A stretch of DNA of 22,557 bases from Pseudomonadota bacterium (GTDB lineage Bacteria > Bdellovibrionota > Bdellovibrionia > Bdellovibrionales > SG-bin7), in assembly GCA_034439715.1 (NCBI GenBank), contig JAWXAY010000058.1, positions 1 to 22,557 of the forward strand, written 5' to 3'. Positions 8,584 through 16,545 of the stretch are shown here, in pieces (within the stretch, counting starts at the first letter, position 1; the number at the start of each line of letters is the position of its first letter). A program made the position numbers and the translations under genes. Under the pieces are notes generated by a model. It had not been told where the DNA came from. It saw only the letters and a program-made list of their open reading frames with translations, and ran no database searches.

Positions 8584-9522
8584 ATGCTGAGTTTTATATT
8601 CAGGCGAATGGTATCGGCCGTCGTTACCATTCTAGCATTGGCTACACTAATATTTTTTGCCATGCATGCGGCACCCGGTGATCCTCTATTAGAATCTAAG
8701 GCTAGTTCGCCAGAGATTCGCGCGAATTTACTTAAACACTATGGACTTGATAAACCTCTCATTGTTCAATACGGACTTTTCATGAGTAATGTTTTTTTGA
8801 AATGGGATTTTGGGATCTCCTATTCTCAAAAAAATCGTCGGGTCAATGACATTATAAGAGATCACTTTCCCGTATCCGCAATTCTAGGCTTGCTTGCCAT
8901 TGTGATGGCAACAGTCGGTGGAATACTTTTTGGCGCATTGACCGCACTATTTCGCAATAGACTTCCGGATCGAGTAATTATGATGTTGGTTATTTTTGGA
9001 ATCAGTGTTCCTAACTTTGTTTTTGCGGCCTGGGGTCAATATTGGTTTACAGTTCTAAATGCCTGGGCTGGCTGGACTGTTATTCCGGTCGCCGGTTGGG
9101 GAACATTTCATGAAATGATTGCACCAGCCGTATTTTTAGAGGTGGGAACATTGGCCTATCTCACTCGGCTGATGCGTTCATCTATGCTTGAAGTAGTGAC
9201 GACAGATTACATTCGAACGGCAAAGGCCAAAGGTCTTTCGCCCTTGAGAATATTTTTTTCGCATCAGCTGCGAAATGCGATTCTGCCGATTATAACCACT
9301 TTAGGTGTAGCACTCGCGGCGATTACTACTGGCGGATTTGTTATTGAAAATCTCTTTGCGATTCCTGGCCTGGGCCGTTACTTTGTGCAAGCTGTGCAGC
9401 AATTGGATTACACAGTAATTATGGGAACTGGAGTATTTTACGGTGCCTACCTTATTATAATGGTACAAATAGTTGATGTTATTTATGGCTTTGTAGATCC
9501 CCGAATACGGGTAAGTAAATAG
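8584..9522 (+). CDS. oppB: Oligopeptide ABC transporter permease
   Basis: APGDP, YGLDKPLIVQY, DFGISY and EAA loop RSSMLEVVTTDYIRTAKAKGL; IENLFAIPGLGR; DPRIR C-terminus. Confidence 0.95.
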   Translation: MLSFIFRRMVSAVVTILALATLIFFAMHAAPGDPLLESKASSPEIRANLLKHYGLDKPLIVQYGLFMSNVFLKWDFGISYSQKNRRVNDIIRDHFPVSAILGLLAIVMATVGGILFGALTALFRNRLPDRVIMMLVIFGISVPNFVFAAWGQYWFTVLNAWAGWTVIPVAGWGTFHEMIAPAVFLEVGTLAYLTRLMRSSMLEVVTTDYIRTAKAKGLSPLRIFFSHQLRNAILPIITTLGVALAAITTGGFVIENLFAIPGLGRYFVQAVQQLDYTVIMGTGVFYGAYLIIMVQIVDVIYGFVDPRIRVSK

Positions 9523-9523
9523 T

Positions 9524-10941
9524 ATGAGTGTTGAAACAACTAAAACCCAATTTAGCCCCTCTGACTTTACGGCCGCCTCAAGAAAAGACAGTTTGCAACA
9601 GCTCAGTCGACCCTCACTTTCTTATTGGGAAGATGTGTGGATCAGATTTAAGAAAAATCGGCAAGCAACAGTGTCACTTTGTGTTGTGGTGTTTTTACTC
9701 GCCTTTTCTTTTTTGGGTCCCTTTATTTGGATAGTAGAACCTTCTCAACAAAATTTAAATCGCATATCTGAAGGTCCTTCTTTGGGTAGAATGGCACTGG
9801 TAGTTGATGAAAGCTCCGATGAGCAGACGATAGAAGACCCCAGTTTTTTGTATCTACCAGAGCATGATAATCCAAATATAGGTGCGCCCGAGAAATTTGA
9901 GATTATCGGAACTCCGTCAACTTTGGGAGTCGAAATACACTGGACACCCGTCGAAGGAGCTGCAGGATACTTAATTTACCGTAGCGAAAAAGTGAGCGAG
10001 AATTTAGAGGCCATCTCAGATAATGGAGTAGTGATAAAAGAAATTACCTCAGGCAATGAGATCGGCTTTGTCGACCGTTTCGATATTCAACCGAGAAACT
10101 ATTGGTACGCAATTGTTGCCAAATCTATCGATACAACTTCGACACAATATAAAATCGTAAGCGCCAAGGTAGTAAGGGCAATTGGTATTGAGGCAGCGCA
10201 AACTGAGAGTAAAAATCTGGTTAAAGTTGGAGAAATGATAAAGATGTCTGTCCACCCCCTAGGCACTGACTATTTGGGGAGAGATATGCTGGCGCGCCTT
10301 ATGTATGGTGGTCGCATTTCGCTTATCATCGGAATTTTTGTGCCGTTGATTTATATTTTATTTGGTACTCTTTATGGCGGACTTTCTGGGTATCTAGTGG
10401 ACGCGTAGACAACATAATGATGCGGATTTGTGATATTGTGGCAACAATGCCTTACCTTTTAGTTGTCATTATTTTATACATATTGTTGGGTGGGCACGTT
10501 GGCGCGAGATCGGTTTTTGCTCTGATGGTTGCGATGACGTCGACATTTTGGCCGGGAACCGCTCGATTGATTCGTGGGCAGGTTTTGCAGATTCGCGAAG
10601 AAGGCTATGTACAGGCATCTAAACTTTTAGGCTCGAGTACGATATTTATTATTTTACGTCATATGATTCCGAACACCATGGGGCTAATTCTCGTTAACCT
10701 AACCTTTGCTGTGCCAACATCTATTTTTAGCGAAGCCTTTTTGGCCTTTATTGGTATGGGTGTTAAGCCACCTTTTGCCTCATGGGGCACTCTGTGTGAA
10801 GAAGGTGTGAAGACTATGTCATCATCTCCACATGAACTTTTTTGGCCCGCAGTTTTTATTTGTGTTACTACATTGGCGTTTAATTTATTAGGAGATGGGT
10901 TGCGAGATGCCACTGACTCTAAAATGAGGTCACGCGAATGA
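9524..10941 (+). pseudogene. oppC: Oligopeptide ABC transporter permease OppC, split by a single-base frameshift near 10397 (real lesion or sequencing error); contains an FN3-like insertion
   Basis: ORF 9524-10408 has the OppC N-terminal motif SYWEDVWIRFKKNR and HPLGTDYLGRD. ORF 10417-10941 has ARLIRGQVLQIREEGYVQASKLLG, SWG and FNLLGDGLRDA. Adding one G (CTA GGT GGA CGC GTA GAC AAC ATA ATG ATG CGG) restores the usual GYLGGRVDNIMMR and a 472-aa protein. Confidence 0.88.
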
Positions 10942-11963
10942 GCACTCCCTTACTCGAAGTCAAAGACCTCAGTGTAGAGTTTGACACTTATGGCGGCATC
11001 GTAAAAGCGGTGCGAGGTGTAAGTTTTAGTGTGGAGCGGGGAAAAACGCTAGCAATTGTCGGGGAGTCGGGTTGCGGTAAGTCGGTAACCGTGCAGTCAA
11101 TTATGGGGTTAATTCCAACCCCTCCGGGAAGAGTTACTTCAGGATCAGCAAAACTTAATGGTAAGGAACTGATTGGCGTATCGGTAGATGAATTGAATAA
11201 GTTTCGCGGCAATGAAATTGGTATGATTTTTCAGGATGCGATGAGTTCACTTAATCCCACTATGAAAGTAGGCCATCAAATCGCCGAAACGTTAATAGTT
11301 CATCGTGGCATGAGTCGCAAAGATGCCATGAAAAAATCTATCGAACTACTCGAACGAACCAGAATTCCCGAAGCCGAAAAAAGAGCTGATCAATACCCTT
11401 TTCAGTTTTCAGGTGGTATGTTGCAACGAGCAATGATTTCAATTGCGCTGGCTTGTGGTCCAAAAGTATTGATTGCCGATGAACCAACGACAGCACTTGA
11501 TGTGACAATTCAATCTCAAATATTAGAACTTATTAAAGAGATTCAAAGAACAGAGCACATGGGCTTGATTCTTATCACTCATGACTTAGGTGTCGTCGCG
11601 CGAGTGGCTGATGAAGTTGCTGTGATGTACGCTGGCAAAATTTGCGAGTATGGTCCCGTCGATGAAATTTTTTACCAAAGCGCTCACCCTTACACCGAAG
11701 GTCTTAGAGAGGCCATGCCACAAAATGTCGAGGGCGTACATAAGCGTTTAACTCCCATTGAGGGCAGCCCACCGGATCTATTTAGGCCGCCAGTTGGGTG
11801 TGGTTATTATGCCAGGTGTCCTTATGCTATGAAGCTCTGCGAAAAGAACCAGCCACCGAGTTTTGATTTAAAGAAAAACCATTTTAGCTATTGTTGGCTT
11901 CAGGATAAGCAGGCGCCTCGACTAAATGATATGGTTCATGTGCGACAGAGGCCTATACAATGA
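10938..11963 (+). CDS. oppD: Oligopeptide ABC transporter ATP-binding protein
   Basis: Walker A GESGCGKS, signature FSGGMLQR, Walker B LIADEPTTALDVT, ITHDLGVV, and a C-terminal HPYT domain with Cys cluster; ATGA overlap with oppC. Confidence 0.95.
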   Translation: MSTPLLEVKDLSVEFDTYGGIVKAVRGVSFSVERGKTLAIVGESGCGKSVTVQSIMGLIPTPPGRVTSGSAKLNGKELIGVSVDELNKFRGNEIGMIFQDAMSSLNPTMKVGHQIAETLIVHRGMSRKDAMKKSIELLERTRIPEAEKRADQYPFQFSGGMLQRAMISIALACGPKVLIADEPTTALDVTIQSQILELIKEIQRTEHMGLILITHDLGVVARVADEVAVMYAGKICEYGPVDEIFYQSAHPYTEGLREAMPQNVEGVHKRLTPIEGSPPDLFRPPVGCGYYARCPYAMKLCEKNQPPSFDLKKNHFSYCWLQDKQAPRLNDMVHVRQRPIQ

Positions 11964-12907
11964 TCTTAGAAATTAAAAACCTAAAAAAATATTTTGATAT
12001 AGGTCGCGGCAAAAAAGTTCATGCCGTGGACGATATTAGTCTGAACATTAATGAAAAAGAAATAGTTGGGTTAGTGGGCGAAAGCGGAAGCGGCAAAACT
12101 ACTTTAGGTCGTACGGTTGTAGGACTTTGGGATAAATCAGCTGGAGAAATTCGCTATAAAGGTGAAAAACTCCCGAAAAATTACTCGGCACGGGATTTTA
12201 AAAAATATGCTAAAGAAATGCAGCTGATTTTTCAGGATCCTTACTCTTCTTTGAATCCCCGCATGACAGTCAAAGAAATTGTCGCTGAAGGCCTAAGAAC
12301 CATCGGGGGATTTTCTAGCGCTCAAATGAATGATAAAGTTGCCGAGTGGCTTAGAAAAGTGGGATTAGAGCCCGATCATATGTCGCGCTACCCTCACGAA
12401 TTTTCTGGTGGTCAGCGGCAAAGGATTGGGATTGCTCGCGCCATGATTGTCGAGCCTAAATTTGTAGTTTGTGATGAACCCATTTCTGCGCTCGACGTAT
12501 CAGTCCAGGCGCAGGTGATTAACTTGCTCGAAGACCTAAAAAAATCGATGGGTTTAACGTTATTGTTTATTGCACACGATCTGTCGATGGTGCGCTACGT
12601 GTCTGATCGCATGGCCGTTATGTATTTAGGAGCAATGGTAGAACTAGGCCCCGCCAGTGAAGTTTATTTTAGACCTAAACACCCTTACACCGAGTTGTTA
12701 ATCAAAGCTAACCCTGAACCCGATCCGAGATTAGAAAAAACGCGGCAGCACTCTCTTATCAAAGGCGAAATTCCGTCACCAATAAATGTGAAGGCGGGCT
12801 GCCGTTTTGCGGGTCGCTGTCCAAAAGTCATGCCTCATTGCGCGACCGAGACTCCCAAATGGAAATCGGTGGGTAAAGAACATTTCGTGGCTTGTCATTT
12901 ATATTAA
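11960..12907 (+). CDS. oppF: Oligopeptide ABC transporter ATP-binding protein
   Basis: GESGSGKT, FQDPYSSLNPR, YPHEFSGGQRQR, CDEPISALDVSVQAQ, HPYT and VACHL; ATGA overlap with oppD. Confidence 0.95.
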   Translation: MILEIKNLKKYFDIGRGKKVHAVDDISLNINEKEIVGLVGESGSGKTTLGRTVVGLWDKSAGEIRYKGEKLPKNYSARDFKKYAKEMQLIFQDPYSSLNPRMTVKEIVAEGLRTIGGFSSAQMNDKVAEWLRKVGLEPDHMSRYPHEFSGGQRQRIGIARAMIVEPKFVVCDEPISALDVSVQAQVINLLEDLKKSMGLTLLFIAHDLSMVRYVSDRMAVMYLGAMVELGPASEVYFRPKHPYTELLIKANPEPDPRLEKTRQHSLIKGEIPSPINVKAGCRFAGRCPKVMPHCATETPKWKSVGKEHFVACHLY

Positions 12908-12919
12908 GGAAAGCTTTTT

Positions 12920-13561
12920 ATGACGGCTAAACGCGATCTCGTTTTTCTATTCTTAGCAGGTCTTTTTATTTCTAACGCCATTTTAGCAGAAATAATTGGC
13001 GGAAAGTTAATTCAAGTAGGTCCCTATTTAATGAGTGTGGGCGTGATACTTTGGCCAGTAGTGTTTTTAACTACAGACATGGTGAATGAATATTTCGGAA
13101 AGTCGGGAGTTCGGCGTCTGACATGGTTAACAGTGGGACTAATAGTCTATGCCTTTATCGTTTTGTATTTCGCCATGTGGACAAAGGCGGCGGGAGTATC
13201 GCCGGTAAATGACGACCAGTTCAATGCCGTATTTGGACAAAGTCTTTGGATTATTGTTGGCAGTATCGTGGCTTTTTTGGTGAGCCAGTTTGTGGATGTT
13301 ACGGTGTTTTGGTTTTTTCGGCAAAAGACAGGCTCTGGGCGTCTTTGGTTAAGGGCGACCGGATCTACAGCTATTTCTCAGTTAGTCGACACCTTTATTG
13401 TTTTAGGAATCGCTTTTTATTTGTCGGGTAAGCTCACTCTCGAAGACTATCTGAGACTTTCATTTATCAATTATTCTTATAAATTATTGATTGCTCTGGC
13501 CCTCACACCTGTCATTTATGGATTTCATCATGCGATAGACAGGTATTTAGCAAAAGAATGA
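12920..13561 (+). CDS. yhhQ: Queuosine precursor transporter (YhhQ / Vut_1 family)
   Basis: About 213-aa six-TM protein with family motifs PVVFLTTDMVNEYFG, GSIVAFLVSQFVDV and LWLRATGSTAISQLVDTFI; AAGGA RBS, 12 nt after oppF. Confidence 0.85.
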   Translation: MTAKRDLVFLFLAGLFISNAILAEIIGGKLIQVGPYLMSVGVILWPVVFLTTDMVNEYFGKSGVRRLTWLTVGLIVYAFIVLYFAMWTKAAGVSPVNDDQFNAVFGQSLWIIVGSIVAFLVSQFVDVTVFWFFRQKTGSGRLWLRATGSTAISQLVDTFIVLGIAFYLSGKLTLEDYLRLSFINYSYKLLIALALTPVIYGFHHAIDRYLAKE

Positions 13562-13680
13562 AATTTACTGATGGCCGCGAATCTTGGCCATAAGCCGGAT
13601 AGTGCTTTAGTCTAGGTGCATTTCCTTATTTCGGGAATTTGCTTTACACTTTAGAGCACAGTTTAATTTGGGAGGCCCCT

Positions 13681-14502
13681 ATGAAATCAATGATCTTACT
13701 GTTTCTCTTTTTTGCATCGATAAACGTTCAGGCTCAAGATTTTAAATTTGGTGATCTCGATCAAACAAAGTTTAACGATTTCGTTTTGGATATGTCTGCC
13801 AACTTTACTGCAACGACGGTCAGCTCCGCCAAACCGCTCGGAAAAATTTTTGGTTTTGAAGCCGGGCTGATGGGTGGAACGACAAACATTAAAAGAATTG
13901 AGCAACTTATTAAGTCTAATGATCCTAATGCGGATGCGCCCAAGAGCTTGCCGCATGCAGGTCTTATTGGGGTGGTGTCGGTGCCGTTTGGAATTACCTT
14001 AGAGGTTAATACAATTCCCCAGTTAAAATCAGAAAACTCTCAGTTTGGCACGGTAGGCGCAGCACTCAAATGGACGATGACCGAAAACCTGTTAAGCGCA
14101 CTTCCTTTTGACTTAGCCATTCGTGCACACACTTCAAAAACCAATTTTGATTTCAATCAAATCATTAACAACGCCTCGACCGGTAACGTACCCGTAGATA
14201 CTAAAATCAAATTCGAAGACAGTGTCAGTGGGGCCATGTTAATGTTAAGCAAAAATTTTATTTTAATTGAGCCTTTTGCGGGGATAGGCACAATTAAGGC
14301 AACTGGAAATCTTAGAATGGAAGGCACCGGAGACATTTTTGATAATAGTTTTACTGTCGGTCAAATGGCCGAAACAACCCTTTCGGGAAGTCACACGGTA
14401 TTCGGCATCAACATTAACTTGTTTATTATTAAATTTGGCCTTGAGCACTCAAGATTATTCGACACCGAGAGGACCACCGCAAAGTTTTCCTTTTACTTTT
14501 AA
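13681..14502 (+). CDS. Outer-membrane beta-barrel protein (resembles DUF6588-type proteins)
   Basis: GGAGG RBS at 13671-13675 favours ATG 13681. Signal peptide MKSMILLFLFFASINVQA, SAKPLG-FGFEAGL segment, amphipathic strands, terminal AKFSFYF beta-signal. The family name is from recollection, not a search. Confidence 0.7.
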   Translation: MKSMILLFLFFASINVQAQDFKFGDLDQTKFNDFVLDMSANFTATTVSSAKPLGKIFGFEAGLMGGTTNIKRIEQLIKSNDPNADAPKSLPHAGLIGVVSVPFGITLEVNTIPQLKSENSQFGTVGAALKWTMTENLLSALPFDLAIRAHTSKTNFDFNQIINNASTGNVPVDTKIKFEDSVSGAMLMLSKNFILIEPFAGIGTIKATGNLRMEGTGDIFDNSFTVGQMAETTLSGSHTVFGININLFIIKFGLEHSRLFDTERTTAKFSFYF

Positions 14503-14597
14503 GTAACTGCTGCGACGCAAAGCGCAAAAGTCTCTGTTGCTAAGGGGCCCGATTCGCAATAGAAAAAGGTATTCAATATCGAAGTCGGAGCCAATTC

Positions 14598-15371
14598 TTG
14601 GATTTAAAAGGTAAAAGGGCACTAGTTTGTGGAGCTTCTCAGGGCATTGGCGAGGCCATATGTTTTGAATTATCAAGTCGGGGATGCGAAGTCTTCGCCC
14701 TGGCTCGAAACAAAGAGAAGTTAGAAAAGCTAACTACAAATTTACCTAACAAAGGCCATAAAATAATAGCTATCGATGTGGCCCATCGAGAGAAATTAAA
14801 AGTTGAAGTTTCAAATCTGCTAAGAGACGTTGGACCCATTGAAATCTTAATTTGTAATACGGGTGGACCCAAGGCAGGTGCTATTACAGATGCGAGCGAG
14901 GAGCAATTCTTAGAAGCTTTTCAAAATCATGTTTTAGTAAATTCTCTATTAGCAAATCTATTATTGCCAGGTATGAAAGCGGCCCGCTACGGCAGAATAA
15001 TCAATATTATTTCTACTTCGGTAAAAATTCCGATTCCCAACTTAGGAGTGTCAAATACGATTCGTGCGGCTGTGGGCAGTTGGGCCAAAACTCTGTCATT
15101 AGAAGTTGGTGAGTTTGGCGTCACTGTAAATAATGTTTTACCAGGTTTTACTAAGACACCAAGACTTGAAGCATTAATTAAAGTCGCGGCTACTCGTGAG
15201 CAAAAATCCGAGGCACAGATTATAGAGAACTGGAAGGCCACCATCCCGCTACGACGTTTTGCCGAGGCCAACGAGATTGCCAATGTGGTGGGATTTCTCG
15301 CGAGTGCAAAAGCTTCTTATGTTAGTGGTGTGAGTGTCCCGGTGGATGGCGGACGGACAGGTTCACTATGA
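14598..15371 (+). CDS. SDR-family oxidoreductase with an atypical active site
   Basis: Rossmann motif CGASQGIG, NTGGP, VTVNNVLPG and VPVDGG. The catalytic YxxxK position reads SNTIR. TTG start with GGAG upstream. Confidence 0.9.
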   Translation: MDLKGKRALVCGASQGIGEAICFELSSRGCEVFALARNKEKLEKLTTNLPNKGHKIIAIDVAHREKLKVEVSNLLRDVGPIEILICNTGGPKAGAITDASEEQFLEAFQNHVLVNSLLANLLLPGMKAARYGRIINIISTSVKIPIPNLGVSNTIRAAVGSWAKTLSLEVGEFGVTVNNVLPGFTKTPRLEALIKVAATREQKSEAQIIENWKATIPLRRFAEANEIANVVGFLASAKASYVSGVSVPVDGGRTGSL

Positions 15372-16543
15372 AGTTCGATATTTTTTTCTCTATATGTCAA
15401 ACAGAAGTCGACGGCTATATGCCGACCGAAAAAATCATGTTTCAGAATTTTTTTGATCAAGTGAGGCTTGCCGATGAGCTCGGATTTGGTACGGCGTGGG
15501 TGGCTGAAACCCACTTATCTTGCCAAATACAAAAACAAAATCCAGGCGCAGTCATTCCTCATTTTAAGGGTGAAATTGGTCTTAACACAGACATCTTGCA
15601 GTTGGCACATTTGGTTTTTGCTCAAACTAAAAGTATTAATATTGGTTCAGCCATTCGAAACATTCTTTGTAATGGCGGCCCCATTGCTCATGCTGAGGCC
15701 GTAAAAATGTTTTTGAGCCTGCATGACCTGTCCCCCCATCGCGAGCGTCTGCTCGAATTGGGATTTGCCTCTGGGCGGTTTCCATTTTCAAATACTCCTT
15801 ATGGTATTAGGCCTCGAAACGCCAATGAAGAGGCGATGTGGCCCTTAATTAAAGGAAAAATATTTCATCAGGCTAGCGAAATTTTCTTAAGGTTTTTACG
15901 CGGTGATGTTTTTTCAAGCCGCGATATAAAGCCAATAATCATTAAACGTGAGGATGCCAGCCAAGTTGAAATTGAATCGTTTTGGAAGTTTGACAAAGTG
16001 GGTGTGATTCCATTGGAAGCACCGCTTGAGAGCTTGCGTTTGATTACGGGCTCTCACGATCCCGCGGCGCAAATATTAGCTAATGAATTTATGCCCGTGG
16101 GGACATTTAATTTATCAATTACGCCCTCCTCTGAAATAGAGACTACCCATGAGCGAATGAAAAAATACTTTCATAAATCCGGTGGACCCTGGAAGCGCTC
16201 GTATATGCCACGTACCGTACTAGTTTTTGTGGATGCCTCTGGCGATTCTGCTGAAGAACAAAATCAACGCGCTCGCGAGCAAGGAAATAAGGTCCTGAGC
16301 AATTATTGGAAGGCGATAGAAGGAACTCTTGATCCAAAAAAAATCGAAAACGCAGTCGACAATGCGCTTTCTGGTAGTCCCACCCAAATTGTTCAACAAA
16401 TTAGAGAGCGCTTTCATCCTGATGACCGTGTGATGTTGTGGTTTGATTTTAATAACCATGATAATGAGGCTGTCAAAAAAAGTATGAGCATTTTTATGAA
16501 AGAGGTAGTGCCTCAGTTAAAAAATTATAGCGGAGGTTTGTGA
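15368..16543 (+). CDS. Luciferase-like (LLM class) flavin-dependent monooxygenase
   Basis: MKFDIF start, QVRLADELGFGTAWVAETH, TKSINIGSAI, LELGFASG, GSPTQIVQQI and SMSIFMKEVVPQL are typical of the LLM TIM barrel; ATGA overlap with the SDR. Confidence 0.88.
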   Translation: MKFDIFFSICQTEVDGYMPTEKIMFQNFFDQVRLADELGFGTAWVAETHLSCQIQKQNPGAVIPHFKGEIGLNTDILQLAHLVFAQTKSINIGSAIRNILCNGGPIAHAEAVKMFLSLHDLSPHRERLLELGFASGRFPFSNTPYGIRPRNANEEAMWPLIKGKIFHQASEIFLRFLRGDVFSSRDIKPIIIKREDASQVEIESFWKFDKVGVIPLEAPLESLRLITGSHDPAAQILANEFMPVGTFNLSITPSSEIETTHERMKKYFHKSGGPWKRSYMPRTVLVFVDASGDSAEEQNQRAREQGNKVLSNYWKAIEGTLDPKKIENAVDNALSGSPTQIVQQIRERFHPDDRVMLWFDFNNHDNEAVKKSMSIFMKEVVPQLKNYSGGL

Positions 16544-16545
16544 CC

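Noticed and set aside
10385..10410. Programmed ribosomal frameshift in oppC
   Set aside because: No slippery sequence or evident stimulatory structure; a simple indel explains it
12880..12920. preQ1 riboswitch upstream of yhhQ
   Set aside because: Only 12 intergenic nt and no preQ1 stem or A-rich tail pattern
13571..13591. Inverted repeat ATGGCC-N9-GGCCAT after yhhQ as a terminator
   Set aside because: Short stem and no U-tract; it could be an operator or RNA hairpin but is unsupported
14544..14557. GG-N10-GC upstream of the SDR as a sigma54 promoter
   Set aside because: The spacing fits but the flanking consensus (TGGCAC, TTGC) is absent, so it is likely chance
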